Shown here in pieces: positions 38,193 to 51,287 of a stretch of DNA of 64,000 nt. Positions within the stretch are counted from its first letter, which is position 1, and every line of letters starts with the position of its first letter. A program made the translations under genes and the position numbers. Origin of the DNA: Bispira polyomma (Eukaryota); assembly GCA_965649765.1 (NCBI GenBank), contig OZ287756.1, positions 47,492,001-47,556,000 on the forward strand. Direction: 5' to 3'. The notes below the pieces were generated by a model. That model did not search any database. It saw only the letters and a list, made by a program, of their open reading frames with translations, and was not told the DNA's origin.

Positions 38193-41100
38193 CGTGTATC
38201 TTTCTTGTAATCTTTACAAATTTTACTATTGATACCCATTAGTGCAAGTAGCTCAAATTTAACTCCAAGTGAAGAATTTCAGCCATGCAGTACGTTGCAA
38301 GACTTAACAGTCCTCATATCTTCAATAAGTTTTAAAATATTGGATTCTGTAGTTTATATTAGTAGTACCTAACAAGATCTGCTCCTTTATACCCTGGTCC
38401 CACTGGCACTCACGTTAGAAGTCGTTTGAAAATTAATTTGCGTAGGGCTTGCGTGGTATTTGAGGGAGCTGACGTAATATACATAAACATACATAACCTG
38501 ACGTGAGGGTTGAGATGCAAGAAATTTATAATTTTAAACCGTTTGAAATTTGGACATGCAAGAGATGAAAAAGTATAACATACTAAAACGTGGATATGCA
38601 TCACAGTGTGTAAATATGCGTCATTATGACGTCATTTTACATGTATTGACGTACTCATACATGTACTTGGACGTGAACTTATGCATCCCTGCGAGACTTT
38701 ACAGCTTTTGACGTAATAATACAGGAATTTCAACGTCTGTTGACGCCTTCAACGTGGAGAAAATCTTTAAATTCTAGTTTTACATGACGTTTTGCATCAA
38801 ATATTTTACAAGGCCATGCGTGACTTACATATTCTAACGTAAATCTGGTGGGACCGGCCCATTAAGTAGATTTATTTTGCGAAATATTAGCATATCATCA
38901 AATATATTCTCTTGAGTAGGAATCATCTGCCTACATTAAAAAACTAAAGACAAGACCAAGTAACAGCAAGATATCGATTTAAATCTAGAGGAAAGGGAAA
39001 TGTAAACTATTTCCTGTTACTTCATGTTGAAAATGATTAAAGCATCAGTTATTGCATGGGGCACGTTGAAAGTAATCCTTATCCCTGAGAAGAGTATAAT
39101 CAATCCCCCTTTTTACCTACCATAAAAACTACAGGGGAATTATCTCTTCAAACTAAGTGTTTTTGCTTTATTTGTTAATGACAGAATTGAAATAGTACAT
39201 GTTAAAAATGGACAATGAGGAAAGTTTCTCTTTGCATTTGTATATTTAAAATTTTTTAAATGTTTACATGTAAAATATTTCTGTCTACAACTATAATTTT
39301 TTTTTACATTTGATATACCATTAATATATTTGTCGCTTATGGGGCAATAAATAAAAAGGAGATGTGTTAATTGTGTAATTATTTAATATTATGGCTTTAA
39401 ATAGCTTTATGTCATTCTGTCTGGCCCGTAGTGAGCTGGCCGCCATGATATGACCGAAAAGCAATGTAAAACCCAACTAACTTCAAATGTATCATTTTGC
39501 CAAAAGCTGTACAACCATACTTCTTGTGTTGTTAATCGAGCTACTGTGCTTAAAGATGACACAAGTGTGGTCACTTGGGAACATGCGAAGGTTGACATTT
39601 TAAACATGTAAATGGTGAATACTCTCAAAAGCCATTTATAAAGTGTCATACATATAGTAAACTGACTGTATTACCCCAACAAAGGTCACAGAACACTATG
39701 ATGCTTACCACAAAGTCATCAAGGTGAGGTAATGATTGGTAACAGTTAGGTAATCCACTGCCCCATAGTTTGACAGGTTAGTATCCGGGGAAGGTAATCA
39801 CAGCAAATGTCACCGACCATACACTCATTGTAGTTTCTGGGACCGTGCATAAATTCATTAATTAACTTTGTGTAAAAAGTCATACCTTTCCATGAGCTAG
39901 ACCTATAACAATGGCTTTATTTCCATTTTGTAACCTTTTTCAAATCTGGGTTACGAAATTGTACAACATCAATAATTGATGTTGATTGCTGTTAGTCCTA
40001 TTTGATATTTTGGGTTAATGGTTCACAAACTAAAACAAAAAGGTCTCAGTAGGTCAACACAATGAAGACATGTCCAGAGGTAAATTTGGTGACAGTTAAA
40101 TCCGCAAACACCACTGTGCAATAAACATGACACCCTCTTCCAGCTGTATGATGTTTTGTGACAATATAAATGGTTCTTTCTGACATACTTTGATTTTGCA
40201 GATCAATTTGGTGACGGTTACATCCAAAGGAACCACTGTGCATTAAACCTGTCACTCCCTGCCAGCTGTATGATGGTCCTTTCTCACTTGCTTTGATTTA
40301 GGTAACAGAGTACGCCCTAATATTATATTAACATGTTTGGTACACATGTTTGGAAAGTTAAATGCCAGGCGATGAAGACGGAGACAAAGACAGACTTGTT
40401 CACAGTAAAGACTTCTGGGGAGTGGTGCTTCTAGGAAAATAAATACACAGAATTGGTGGCTACCTCAGCAGGCTTTCTAAAGATTTTTGTACCTTGGGTG
40501 AAATTGAAATATAATGAAATAGGACATTTGTTATAGTGCACTTATACAACACAGTGCTGTTTCAAATGCTTTTTCTCATGGGCAGCCAAGATGGGCGCCA
40601 AGACTTGCTTGAGGATGACCATTTATCAACGTCCCCAAGTATCTTTAATCTGCCACTCAAGATAGTACTCAGTGGCAGAGGACCACCATTTAAGTGGTCA
40701 TCCGAGCCATTCAACTATTTCCATCAATCTGAGTTTCAAATAAAACAGTTAGAAGCCCTTTTTGCACAGCTAATGCATTTACAGGCATCGAGAAGTAAAA
40801 TGAAAACCATTGATATCCCTGTCCAACCGACATTTAAACATCACTCAGGTGAAACCCTTTGTGTAATAACTAAAAAGGAGGTGACAGGTTTAATCTCCAG
40901 GGAGGTGTAGGCATTTTTATGTTTTGTCACTGCTAATGGTTGTTATTCCCATTTGACAGTTTGGTTATTGGATTTCACAGAAAACGTTTCAGACAACATA
41001 ATAAAAATATATTTTTACAGCAGTCAATTCTACCATTAATAGTTTAGTCAGTCAGCAATAGCAAGTAGAATAGAGTACACTAGTGTTGTACTTTTCTTCT

Positions 41101-41343
41101 TTTTCCTTTTTTTTTTGAGAGGGGGGGGGGGGTTAAAATAGTGCTTTGATAGAGAAGAAACAGTGAATATTAGATTCGATTGCAAATTTAAATTTATTTA
41201 AATATTGTAAATAAAATTGGGTAACCAGTAGCAACAATTCATTCTAATCAAACCAAAATGGGAATATATATATATGGAGTAAACCTGGGTCAAAAACGGT
41301 AACCTACATCTGGTCATTAAATAATAAAAGTCTGCCATCTTAA

Positions 41344-42204
41344 GTGGGGGTTCCACATTCAGGATTTAGTCCCCGACCTTCCCGACTTTGTGATCGATAA
41401 CAGGAATATAGACAAAACGTATAGGTCGGGGATGAAAACGGGGTGGTCGGGAAGGTCGGGAAGAATATTAAAAAAGTTTAATATTTTGTAAAAGTGTCCC
41501 GACTTGTGTCCCCAACCTCTAAAAACGGGAAGGTCGGCTTCGGCGAATAAGTTCGATCCTATTGGCGATACTGACAGGTCTTAATATGACTCACGGCCTG
41601 TCCTAATGCTGGCCCGTCGAAACGTATAGGTCGGGGGACTAAAACAGGGTGGTCTGAAAGGTCGGAAAGAATATAGACACATATTTTAAGCCCAGTTTGT
41701 CATTTTGTTAGTCCTGATAACGGAAATCAGTTAAAAGTTGTTTACCTTTGCGACATCAAACCCACTTCCGGTGCAATTCATGTACGCGAACGATGAATTT
41801 ATTTGCTGTTATTTACAACAGACTTTCATCAAAAATGAGGTTTAAACAGGTATTTTTTCTTTTATTTCATAAGGTGATCTCATTTTGTCATATATATAAA
41901 ATACAAAAACAGTCCCGACTTTGACTTTTCTACGGTCGATCTTTATGGTCGGGGATCTCAATCCGTGAGATCATATTGGCGATACGTTCGATCCTAGGGC
42001 GATACGTCAGATCCTATCACCAGTAAGTTCGATCCTATATATGTTCAAGTAAGATCGGGGTCAGCGTCCCGTTTGGTCGGAAAGGTCGCCCCACATATAA
42101 ATTTTCCCCCCCAAAAATGGATTTTATTGATTTTTTCGCGTAGACCTTCCCCACTTTAAAATCGGGCCCATTTTGCCAATCGAACTTGAATGTGGAACCC
42201 CCCT
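41344..42204. mobile_element. Non-autonomous DNA transposon (MITE, Kolobok-like termini)
   Basis: 16-bp perfect TIR core GGGGGTTCCACATTCA (41346-41361)/TGAATGTGGAACCCCC (42187-42202). Flanks are TTAA/TTAT. Internal CCCGAC/GTCGGG and GTTCGATCCTA repeats. Confidence 0.8.
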
Positions 42205-43843
42205 TTATTTTGCTATATATTGGACTTTTGGTAGGATTCTGCCATAGTGCAATATAATGCACTGTAATGCCTGTAATGAAAGGTAAATTGTTTGGAATCA
42301 ACTTTGATAAGTCAATACATGTAAATATGTTATGAATAGCTTAATGGATTTAATTTCATTGAAGTGTCATTTTTACTACATGATTGAAATATATATGGAA
42401 ATATCGTTTCTCAAATAGCACAAGCAATGAATTTTAATGAACGTGGACATAATTAAACCCAGTCTTAATATTATATAAGCACACTGTCATTTCACTAAAT
42501 TACCCAGACTGAGATACAGTCTTTATTGCATATTAAGTCTAAATAAAGAAATGTATAAAACCAGCTCTAGATGTTTGTTTTAGATATTGTCAGAGGTAAA
42601 TGTTTGACTCAACAGTTTAAGAGGCATTTTCTACAAATGATCAGTAAACAAATAATCAATTTAGACATAGTTTAGTAAACATACAAAGTTGCAAGTCTAT
42701 AACAAATGAGGTAATTAACTCTGTCGACAAATTTAGAATTTTTTTTTTATTTTTTTACATTATTTTCAACACAGCGGCCAGATTTAATGTTTGAAGAAAC
42801 CAGTGCTGAAGCCACTGTAGACCACCAGCCTATATACCTGACAAACCTTCCCACATCAATGAACAAATAGGATACAATTCCCACATTAGTGAGAGACCAG
42901 TGATTGTAAAGCAGAGTATTCTAACCACTAGGCCACCAAGTCCCCTTAACCACTGTCAAGTAGATTATGTTTTAAATTTAGTAAAGGGCATGGCCGTAGA
43001 GAATAAAATAACTTTTGTAACAAATCTGGGTATAAAGGTGAATCCAGGGATTTTTTATTATGGTGCCTTTAGTTTTCACAGTCCTTGTAAAATAGAACAA
43101 GAAAGAACCTTCTTTAATTTCTACCTAATACGAGACATATTATATTTCACAGCCTTCGATTCATCAAAGTTTGTAGCTCTAACTTGCAGCCTATGAACCT
43201 GTTTTTTTTTGTATAACGTGTATAAGAAGCCAAGAGCCATTACAAATAGTTCTGTGGAACTCCTATATATTATTACCTCGTACAAGTCTTAGACTACCAT
43301 TTCATGAAGGAAAAATTTACCCTTTAAAAACTGAACAACTTGGCCAGAGATTTCAGCAATCTGATAAATTTACATCTTCTAAAATTGCAAAAAGTATAAG
43401 ATGCAATTAATTTCAATATCTCATGAAGAATAAATAGAGAAGAAAATAAGACAGCAGGATTTCAACAGCAGTCAGCATAGGTTTAATAAGGCATCTATTG
43501 TGTTAAGAAAAAGCTGTTGGTTCACCAACTCCACCAGCAGGCATCTCATTTCTTTTGTTTTCTCCTGGGATATTAAGAGGCTTTGGATGGATACATCTGC
43601 TATTTGCAGTAAGGAGATAAAGGCATTTAGATGAAAGATACCCCATAAAAAATACAAGATACTTCTATATATTTTTGCTCTCTTTGCTCTGGAAAATAAG
43701 AGTGTCTTGGTTGCTGCGAGAAACTCTACAGTATCTCACAGGGATACAGGGGAGGAAATTGGTCAATATACATTTTCTTTTTTTAACGTTTTAATCTCAC
43801 TCACTTGAGACATATATGTACCAAAGCAATTTTAATGCAAAAG

Positions 43844-43913
43844 TGAAATTTCTACATAGTTTCTAGTTTAAGTTAAACAAAAAACTTAAACTAGAAACTA
43901 TGTAGAAATTTCA
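43844..43913. repeat. Perfect 31-bp inverted repeat with 8-nt loop
   Basis: TGAAATTTCTACATAGTTTCTAGTTTAAGTT-AAACAAAA-AACTTAAACTAGAAACTATGTAGAAATTTCA. Confidence 0.95.
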
Positions 43914-44039
43914 AACAAAAGAAATTATTTTTTGAGATATACTGGACATTTAACATGATTCTGTGCTATATAGATATATATAGTCAAATGGCTCTACCCT
44001 GCCAGATGTGTTGTATTTGTTCTGTAGTGCAATACAATA

Positions 44040-44430
44040 GGGACACAAATTAGTACATTTACTACAATCTGGCTGTTTGATGCTGCTCTCACAGAGCATA
44101 TGTCGCCATTGAAAGGGGTACACAGTATGTCTGTTTCATTTTATCTCCTATACTATAAAATAGGAGCATAAATTAGTAGTATTAGTGTGGTATGGTTGCT
44201 TGATGTTGCTTACAGTAAGCATGCTCTATTTTATCTCTTGTACAATACTGTACAATATTATTGTGGTATGCTTAAAGAGACTATGTCCCCCACTGGGAGG
44301 TGTATATAGTATGTATGCCTTATTTACTGTCTTGTACATTAAAATAGCAGCACAAATTAGTGGTATTACTGCAGCCTGGCCGTTTGATACTTCTCATAGA
44401 GACAATGTCCCAACTGGGAGGTATACACAG
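44040..44430 (+). repeat. Degenerate tandem repeat (~125-bp unit, ~3 copies)
   Basis: Recurrent CA(C/T)AAATTAGT..TTTGAT..ATGTC.CCA.TG..AGG.TA.A.AG. Confidence 0.6.
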
Positions 44431-47400
44431 TTATCATCTAGTACATTAAACAGATGTGATGAAGGCCGTTTACTGCTGCTGTCTTATATACTTTCTTAGC
44501 AGTTCTTGTAGCCTAGAGAAGGCTCATATGCCATACAGGACAACCCCCTGATCCCACAACCCCTTTAACTAATTTAGTATTTTTTATTGTGAAAAGGGCA
44601 CTGCAATCTTAAAAATAATATGCACAGCCTTCATGGATCCATTGGAAGCAAACCGAGGGGTGTCAGATCTATATATAGGGGTGCAAAGCGCACTTGAGTG
44701 TAAAACTTTTGAGGCGTTATGTGCTAGTATTGCAGTGTCTGTGCCACAAGATGGACATTGTAACAATATACATTAGTGTACAGTAAAAAGGTGCCAGCTG
44801 GTACTATTTCTTCTGTTTCATAACAATAAGAGACAAGGTAGAATTTCAACATATTCATATTTAAATATAGTGGCCATATCAACGTTAGTGTAATTCACAA
44901 TGTGCGCCTGTGTCTTTTTAAAAGACAACTCTTGTTAAAGCTGCAGCAAGCATGCGTAAACCAACTAAGTTTTTGTCGAAATATTCTGATTGTAGACGAC
45001 AAACCCCCTAGATTTACCTATGAGGCTGAACAGATAAAATTGGTGTATTTACCTTTTAACACTTTCTTATTAATTAGTTCTGGTAATAAAAGGGTCATTA
45101 GAATAGTACACTGGTATCACATTGGTATAATAAAATAGCACTATTAGTAGTGAGTAATAACCTCTGCCGACGAGGTCATCTTTTCGCATGTGGCAAAGGA
45201 AAGCACATATAGAAAATCTAAATTAGTCTGTGCATGTGATGCCACATAACATGAAGGAAGTGAATTGGATCCCCATCTACTTACAGGGGATCAGTGATAG
45301 CGTTTGTCCAACTAGTAAAGTACTATTGCCCCTTTAGAAAATGTAATAGCTTTATAATTCTGCCAAGAAGTTTATGTTTTTACACCTGGCCATTAGTTTG
45401 TTTGTTCTTGCCATCTGGCTTACACAAACACAGCTGAACTTATGAAATTGAGTGGAGGGTTGGGTATGTAGGGTCAAGGAACAATCCAGTCGATTTTGGA
45501 GTGGATCCAGGTAGAAGGATGTTGTGTCTTTCTTCTGTTGCCTTGACAGTGGTATAGGTTCTATCCTTAGTTCCCTGCTAGTTTTAGTTCCAATATTAAT
45601 TTAATTAGTTCTAGATGCGATACAGTTTGTAGAATAGTATTCTCCTATCAAACATCAAATTTTAAGATTTATTTGGATTTCAGCATCGCTTTTAACAGCC
45701 GTGAATAAGATCGCTACAGGCAGTTTATTGGTGGGGAATACAACAGGAAAATTTTATCAAAGTTACTGAAAAAAAAATAGTTTTTACTATATCATGAATA
45801 GAAGTAAGTCTGTAACACTCTATTATTATACAAGTTTAGATTTTACTCTACTTCAGACTGAAAAAGGCTACCATCGAACATCTTTGTGGAATAAAACAGT
45901 AAAGTGCAGGTGGCTATGACTCCTACAAATCCATACAAATCAACTCAATATGTTACATAAACCTGGATCGGCCATCTTGGATGTTTCTGTGATTACTGAG
46001 TTATTGTTAGAATACAATTGTACCAAACTGGTCATGTTTTCCATTTATCAGTTAAATCATTGTTATTTAATCTATTGCATACATTCTCAAACTGTTTCAA
46101 TCGTCCTATGCTATAGTGTTATGTTTAACAATAAAATGATACCAACCTGGTCATGTGTAAACGGCATTATTTTAGAGATTTTGAAAAGAAGATATTAGCT
46201 ACATATTTGTATCCAACATTGCACATATTGCACATAATGGTATTGCCTCAAATAATATATTTATTTATTTGTTATAAGCAAGATCCTTGCATCAGTTTCA
46301 TTGTATTTTAAAGTATATATATATATAGCTAATATATAGACTGTTTTCTGTGAGTGTCAAATATCTGTACAATAAAAGCTTTTTATTAAAATAATCATTG
46401 TGTTTCAGCAATATGTTAAATATTTTATTATTATGTAGAACAAGCCTCAACTACCTTTTGTATTTTGCAGCAAATGACGATGTACTTAATTGATTAACTG
46501 TCTTGCCCCATTCAGGCGAGGCTTATGTTTTCATCTTTAATCCATAAAAGAGCTACTCGCGAATTCCTCCAATTTTTATAAGTGTATTATCCTTTTGAGT
46601 GTTCCCTGTAGGCTTTTCATATGCTGTTGTTGGTTTTGATTCCATTAATTTAGTTTTGTATAAACTTAACAGATCTGATCCAAAATAATATAATTATACA
46701 TCTAATTACTCCAATAATAGAGCCATAAAATATCTATAAATAAATATATGGAACATATATTTTTTTTATTTTTTTTAATAAATGTGAATCAATAGCCCCA
46801 TGTAAGTATAAAATGTATGACTTTAAGCAGGAGTTTCATTACATTATAAATCAATGAGAAAATTTAAGTGAGGAGTTAATTAAGTAAATTATTTACAGAT
46901 TGCAGACACACAATAAGGTAAATTGGAGACATAACACTTTAAAGCCATTAGTAGAATGAATCAGGCATCAGGATTAAATGCAATGAATCCCACCAGACTA
47001 GGGACCATGTTACACCATTTCTAATAATTTCTTCCACAATAGATTCATAAAATTGTAACAAATAGCAATAAGTAATAAGTATTTTTTCGGGGTGGGGGGG
47101 AGGGTGGGGGTAAATTTAAATCAATAGCCCCATTAGAGTAAAGGAATCATCTGTGGTCAGGTTCAAGAGATTTCAGTGCTTAAAATTAGTTTACAAAATC
47201 AGTTCACAGCATAAAGTATTTCTGCTAGAATGTTTTACAAGTATACTGTACTTAGTATTCAGGTGACCGTTTCATCTTTCCCCCTGCATGAATTTAAATT
47301 AAGTTTAAGTTTAGCATCACTTTTAATGTGCTAAAGAGGTGAGAGCGGGTTACTTGGTCAAGGTTTCCTTCTGGCCTTCCTCGAGTCTACTTCCAACTTT

Positions 47401-48207
47401 CCCACATACGCGATGGCAGAGATGAGAGGTGAATGTGTTGATATTTTTACAAATGTAACTATAATCCCCTCCCCCTTATATCGTATTTGTGTATTACTAC
47501 TACACCGATTACAATAATTTACTTTCGAAATCATGTTTCGATGAATAAGGAGAAACTTGCATTATCTCAGCTGCGGCTTTCCGTGCCCCCCCCCCCCCAA
47601 AAAAAAAAGGTTTAGAGAGGGCTTAGAGTAATCCACGAAATGTAAATGAGGGTTTTAGCAACACTAAACTGGTTAAACTCCAATCTGTTTGCTGGAGTAA
47701 ACTAATTTCTCAGAACTGTAACCCCTCTGACGTCATCCCCAAAGGGAAGAAACCATGTGAGAGGGAAAAAAGAATTTAAAGAGAAATGGCTTGGGAAATC
47801 TCCTCCGAAAAAAATGGTCTCCATTAAGGCTGCCAAATAGGTTTCAGGTTTAATTTAGCTCAAGGGAATCATCCATATATAAAAAGATTACAAGTAATGT
47901 AAGTTTCTCTTGTTATTGATGATCTCTTCTTGCTGTTGTTTCTTTAAAATTCCTCCTGATTTTTTTTTTAAAGATTTATATTCTCTTGCGACAGTGTGTC
48001 ATATTAATGTAGTTAAGCAGAGGTCCCAAGGTGAAGTGTCTGTCAGTGGGACCACATTCTGTTGGCATGCTAGATCTTACATGTATCTCAATTTAACACC
48101 ATGCTTTAGTATAATTGAAGCTAATCACCCTGCAGATGTCCCCTTGCTGCTATACACGCACAGCCTAGGAGGGGTAAATTAACACCTTGGAGAGGAACAG
48201 AGACAGA

Positions 48208-48410
48208 GGGCGGTCTTAGTGGTGCAGTGGTAACACACTCTAATCCCACTTCTGACCACCGCCATGGGTTCAAATCTTAGCCCTCCCAAGTGTATGTGAA
48301 ATTATAGGGAAGAAAAATTCTACCCTGATTTCCTCCACTAGTGAACTGTTGTTCATTGTGATACATAACACAACGTATGTAATAAATTGACATTTAACCA
48401 ATTAAAATTA
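48208..48410 (+). mobile_element. Old degenerate tRNA-derived SINE related to S1
   Basis: TGGTGCAGTGG A box, GGTTCAAATC B box, TTTCCTCCAC motif and GACATTTAACCAATTAAAATT end. Confidence 0.55.
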
Positions 48411-48559
48411 AACTTTCTCACCTTCAAGATCACTTAGTGTTAAATTATTTACTTAAAGTGACCTTACGCCCTTTCTATTCCATAGCTTAACTGTATATAA
48501 ATCTTACTAATATAAAACTGAATATTTAATAAATATTTTACTTATTTTTCCTAATTGCA

Positions 48560-48800
48560 TTTGAATTGGGATATTTAACGTCCACTCTAGCACCTGTTTA
48601 GGTTATATTGGGACGGGTAGTTGGAAATGCTGGAGGAAACACTGCATACAGTTGATCAAGGTTCTGCACTAAAACCAGCAGCCCACAGTAAGGAACTACC
48701 ACCTTTCCCATATAAGCATCGACAGAATTCGAACTCACGCCTTCCAGAGGTGAGAGACCAGCGATTGTGAAGCACAATGCTTGCTAACCACTAGGCCACC
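48560..48800 (-). mobile_element. SINE family S1, nearly full length
   Basis: Matches the S1 consensus through CTAACCACTAGGCCACC. Confidence 0.9.
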
Positions 48801-50839
48801 GTTAGACTGCAATATGTACTTGTGCACGAACACTTCTTTTTTGAGGAATGTTCTACAGCACAGTATCAAAATTGATGATCATTAATTATGATCCTAATAA
48901 ATAAAGATTGCTAATTGGCTGTCATCGGTAGCCAACAGTGTGTGTACATCTTGTCCAAGGATGTTATTTCCCAGTGACCATCATGGCGTTACTGGGAGGC
49001 TTATGATAACCACATCAACTCCATTAGGATTCCACTTGGGACCTTATGATCACCTGACCAACTTCGGAACCATTATGCCACAATGTGAGAAGCATGAATA
49101 CTCTCTGGATGACTGGCCCTGGGATAAACCTTGACCAATTATCCTCTGATTTTCTCAACAATGTACTGCCGAAACATGATAAAAGTGATACTAAAACCAA
49201 ACTAAACAGTAATTATATAGGGCACATAAATACACATAAGTATGGTGAAAGTTTTAGAAAAGGGTCATTCGGTACACTACTTTTTTCATTAAATATGTAC
49301 AAAGAATAATTTTCAGGTAAAATATATTAAGTAGAGCAAAAAAAATGCCCAACTGACATTTTCTCATCTATCATCATTATATGTAACAGATGCAGAGGCA
49401 AGCTTCTAAATTTGTTTATCTATATTTTTTTGTAAAAGCACTGTAATTTTTATCTGCACTAAAAATGAACCTTTGAGTAATGGATTTTTAGCCATTTCAA
49501 CTTGTGATGGCTACACTGTAGTATATTTTTACTGCAGTATAAAAATCTAATTTAGAATCTTTCGATGGCCTATAATTTATGGGCCCCAAATTGACATTGA
49601 TCAATGTTCTGTTTTAGAAGGTAATTCAATTCTAGACTACAAACCTCTTTCTTCATTCATATGATTTTTATGATGTATTTAACTTGTACAGCTTGTTCAT
49701 GACAATTGTAAATTATTAACCAGATAATTATAAAGTTAAAATAAGTAAATATCTTAAACATACTAGATTACATAAGAATTATTTTTACCCATTCTAATCA
49801 AAGACTTAAAACAGTAAATTAACCAATATTAAGTTTTTAATTATCATTAAATGGCAAAATTAATGCCAGGGTAAATAGTGACGATTTTGTCTCTCTAAAA
49901 GATACACATTTTGCAGAAGTATAAATATATAAAAATAATATGTCATCACATCAATGATGTTCAGAATGATGTATCAATGATTGGGAAAAGAATGATAATG
50001 GACAGAGTTTGCAAATGCCAGTACGTCTAATAAATATATGTAATGTACAGAATGAGTGATTGCTTTGATCTGTCTTTGATGTGAGGATTTGCATCTAACC
50101 TCTTGGGCCTAGAATAACTTCATGAGTCAAAATAGGAAAACTATTGGTGATTGTATTATTGAAATAATTAACTTTGTTACTTGGTCATTCATACCACTGT
50201 GCAAAAGAGGAGTGGCAGTAGTAATTTTAGTGAGCCTTGGCTTTAGTGTAGTGGAGGGGAACACTATTGCGTCCAACCTTTGCAGTTTTGCCTTCAAGAC
50301 ATGGCTACAACTTTAGGAAGCGACATTTAATCCAAAAAGAACCTAAATCATATTGTAAACAAAGCTGCTGTAAAAGTGCCACATACATTAGAATAGGTGT
50401 AATCGGGTGGTGTAATTGCATTAAATCCATTGATTCTTTGACTTGTGCCTGAACGTTACAACATTAGCTTTTAACCAAGGGTTCAGTAGGAGAATTTGGT
50501 TAAAGAAACTGCCATACCTTTACTGAAGCCTCTATCGTAGATATTAGAGCCACCATATTGCTTTACTATAGCCAAATTCCAATGTTAAATAAAGAAATGC
50601 TAGTAATAAATCAAGTGTCTTTGGCATTGATATTATTTACTGTTTTTTTGTTGTTTTTTTTTTGGTCCAGTGGTTTTTGTTTACAAATTTTGTCATAGGA
50701 AAATATAAAAAGAGATAAAATTGAGATCTGATTAAAGAGTAACTGGTATTTTTATTGTAATCAAAACAAGTTCCGGTATGAAATTTTTTTTTTAAAAATT
50801 AAGATCAAAATTTAGATTTATCAGAAATTGGTTAAGTGA

Positions 50840-51100
50840 AGATAATATATCAGTGGAGGCAAATAGAAAATATAAAGAAATATACAGTTTTTACAATAGT
50901 AATTATACCAACCATAAAATATAGCCTAACTTTATGGAAATAATGAAGGTTAATTATAGCAGAATCTATTATCTGAACATGTCAATATAATATGTCAGCT
51001 GAGGAAAATAGAAAATATGAGAAAATATTCAGTTTTGACAACAGTAATAATGCCAACCATAAAATATAGCTCATTTGATAATAATGAAGGCTCATTATGG
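50840..51100 (+). repeat. Diverged ~145-bp tandem duplication
   Basis: ATAATAT.TCAG..GAGG.AAATAGAAAATAT...CCAACCATAAAATATAGC...ATAATGAAGG occurs twice. Confidence 0.7.
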
Positions 51101-51287
51101 GGAGAGTAAGATTTATTTCGATAATAGAAGGTTTACAAAACATGAAGAAACATTTTTGTATCAAACATCGGGAAAATATATATTTGTGAAAGTAGAAATG
51201 AGTTCATCAAATTTAATAAGTACATAATAGATGTTTTGACAATAGGGGATCTACAGTATTCATAAAATATCAAAGAGTATGACATAC

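Noticed and set aside
39450-39611. ~53-codon plus-strand frame (MTEKQCKTQL...) as a transposase remnant
   Set aside because: Too short and no recognisable motif.
40243-40893. TTAA-bounded 13-bp inverted repeat (TTAAACCTGTCAC/GTGACAGGTTTAA) as a MITE
   Set aside because: A 13-bp match at this spacing can arise by chance in 64 kb. There is no second copy or internal support.
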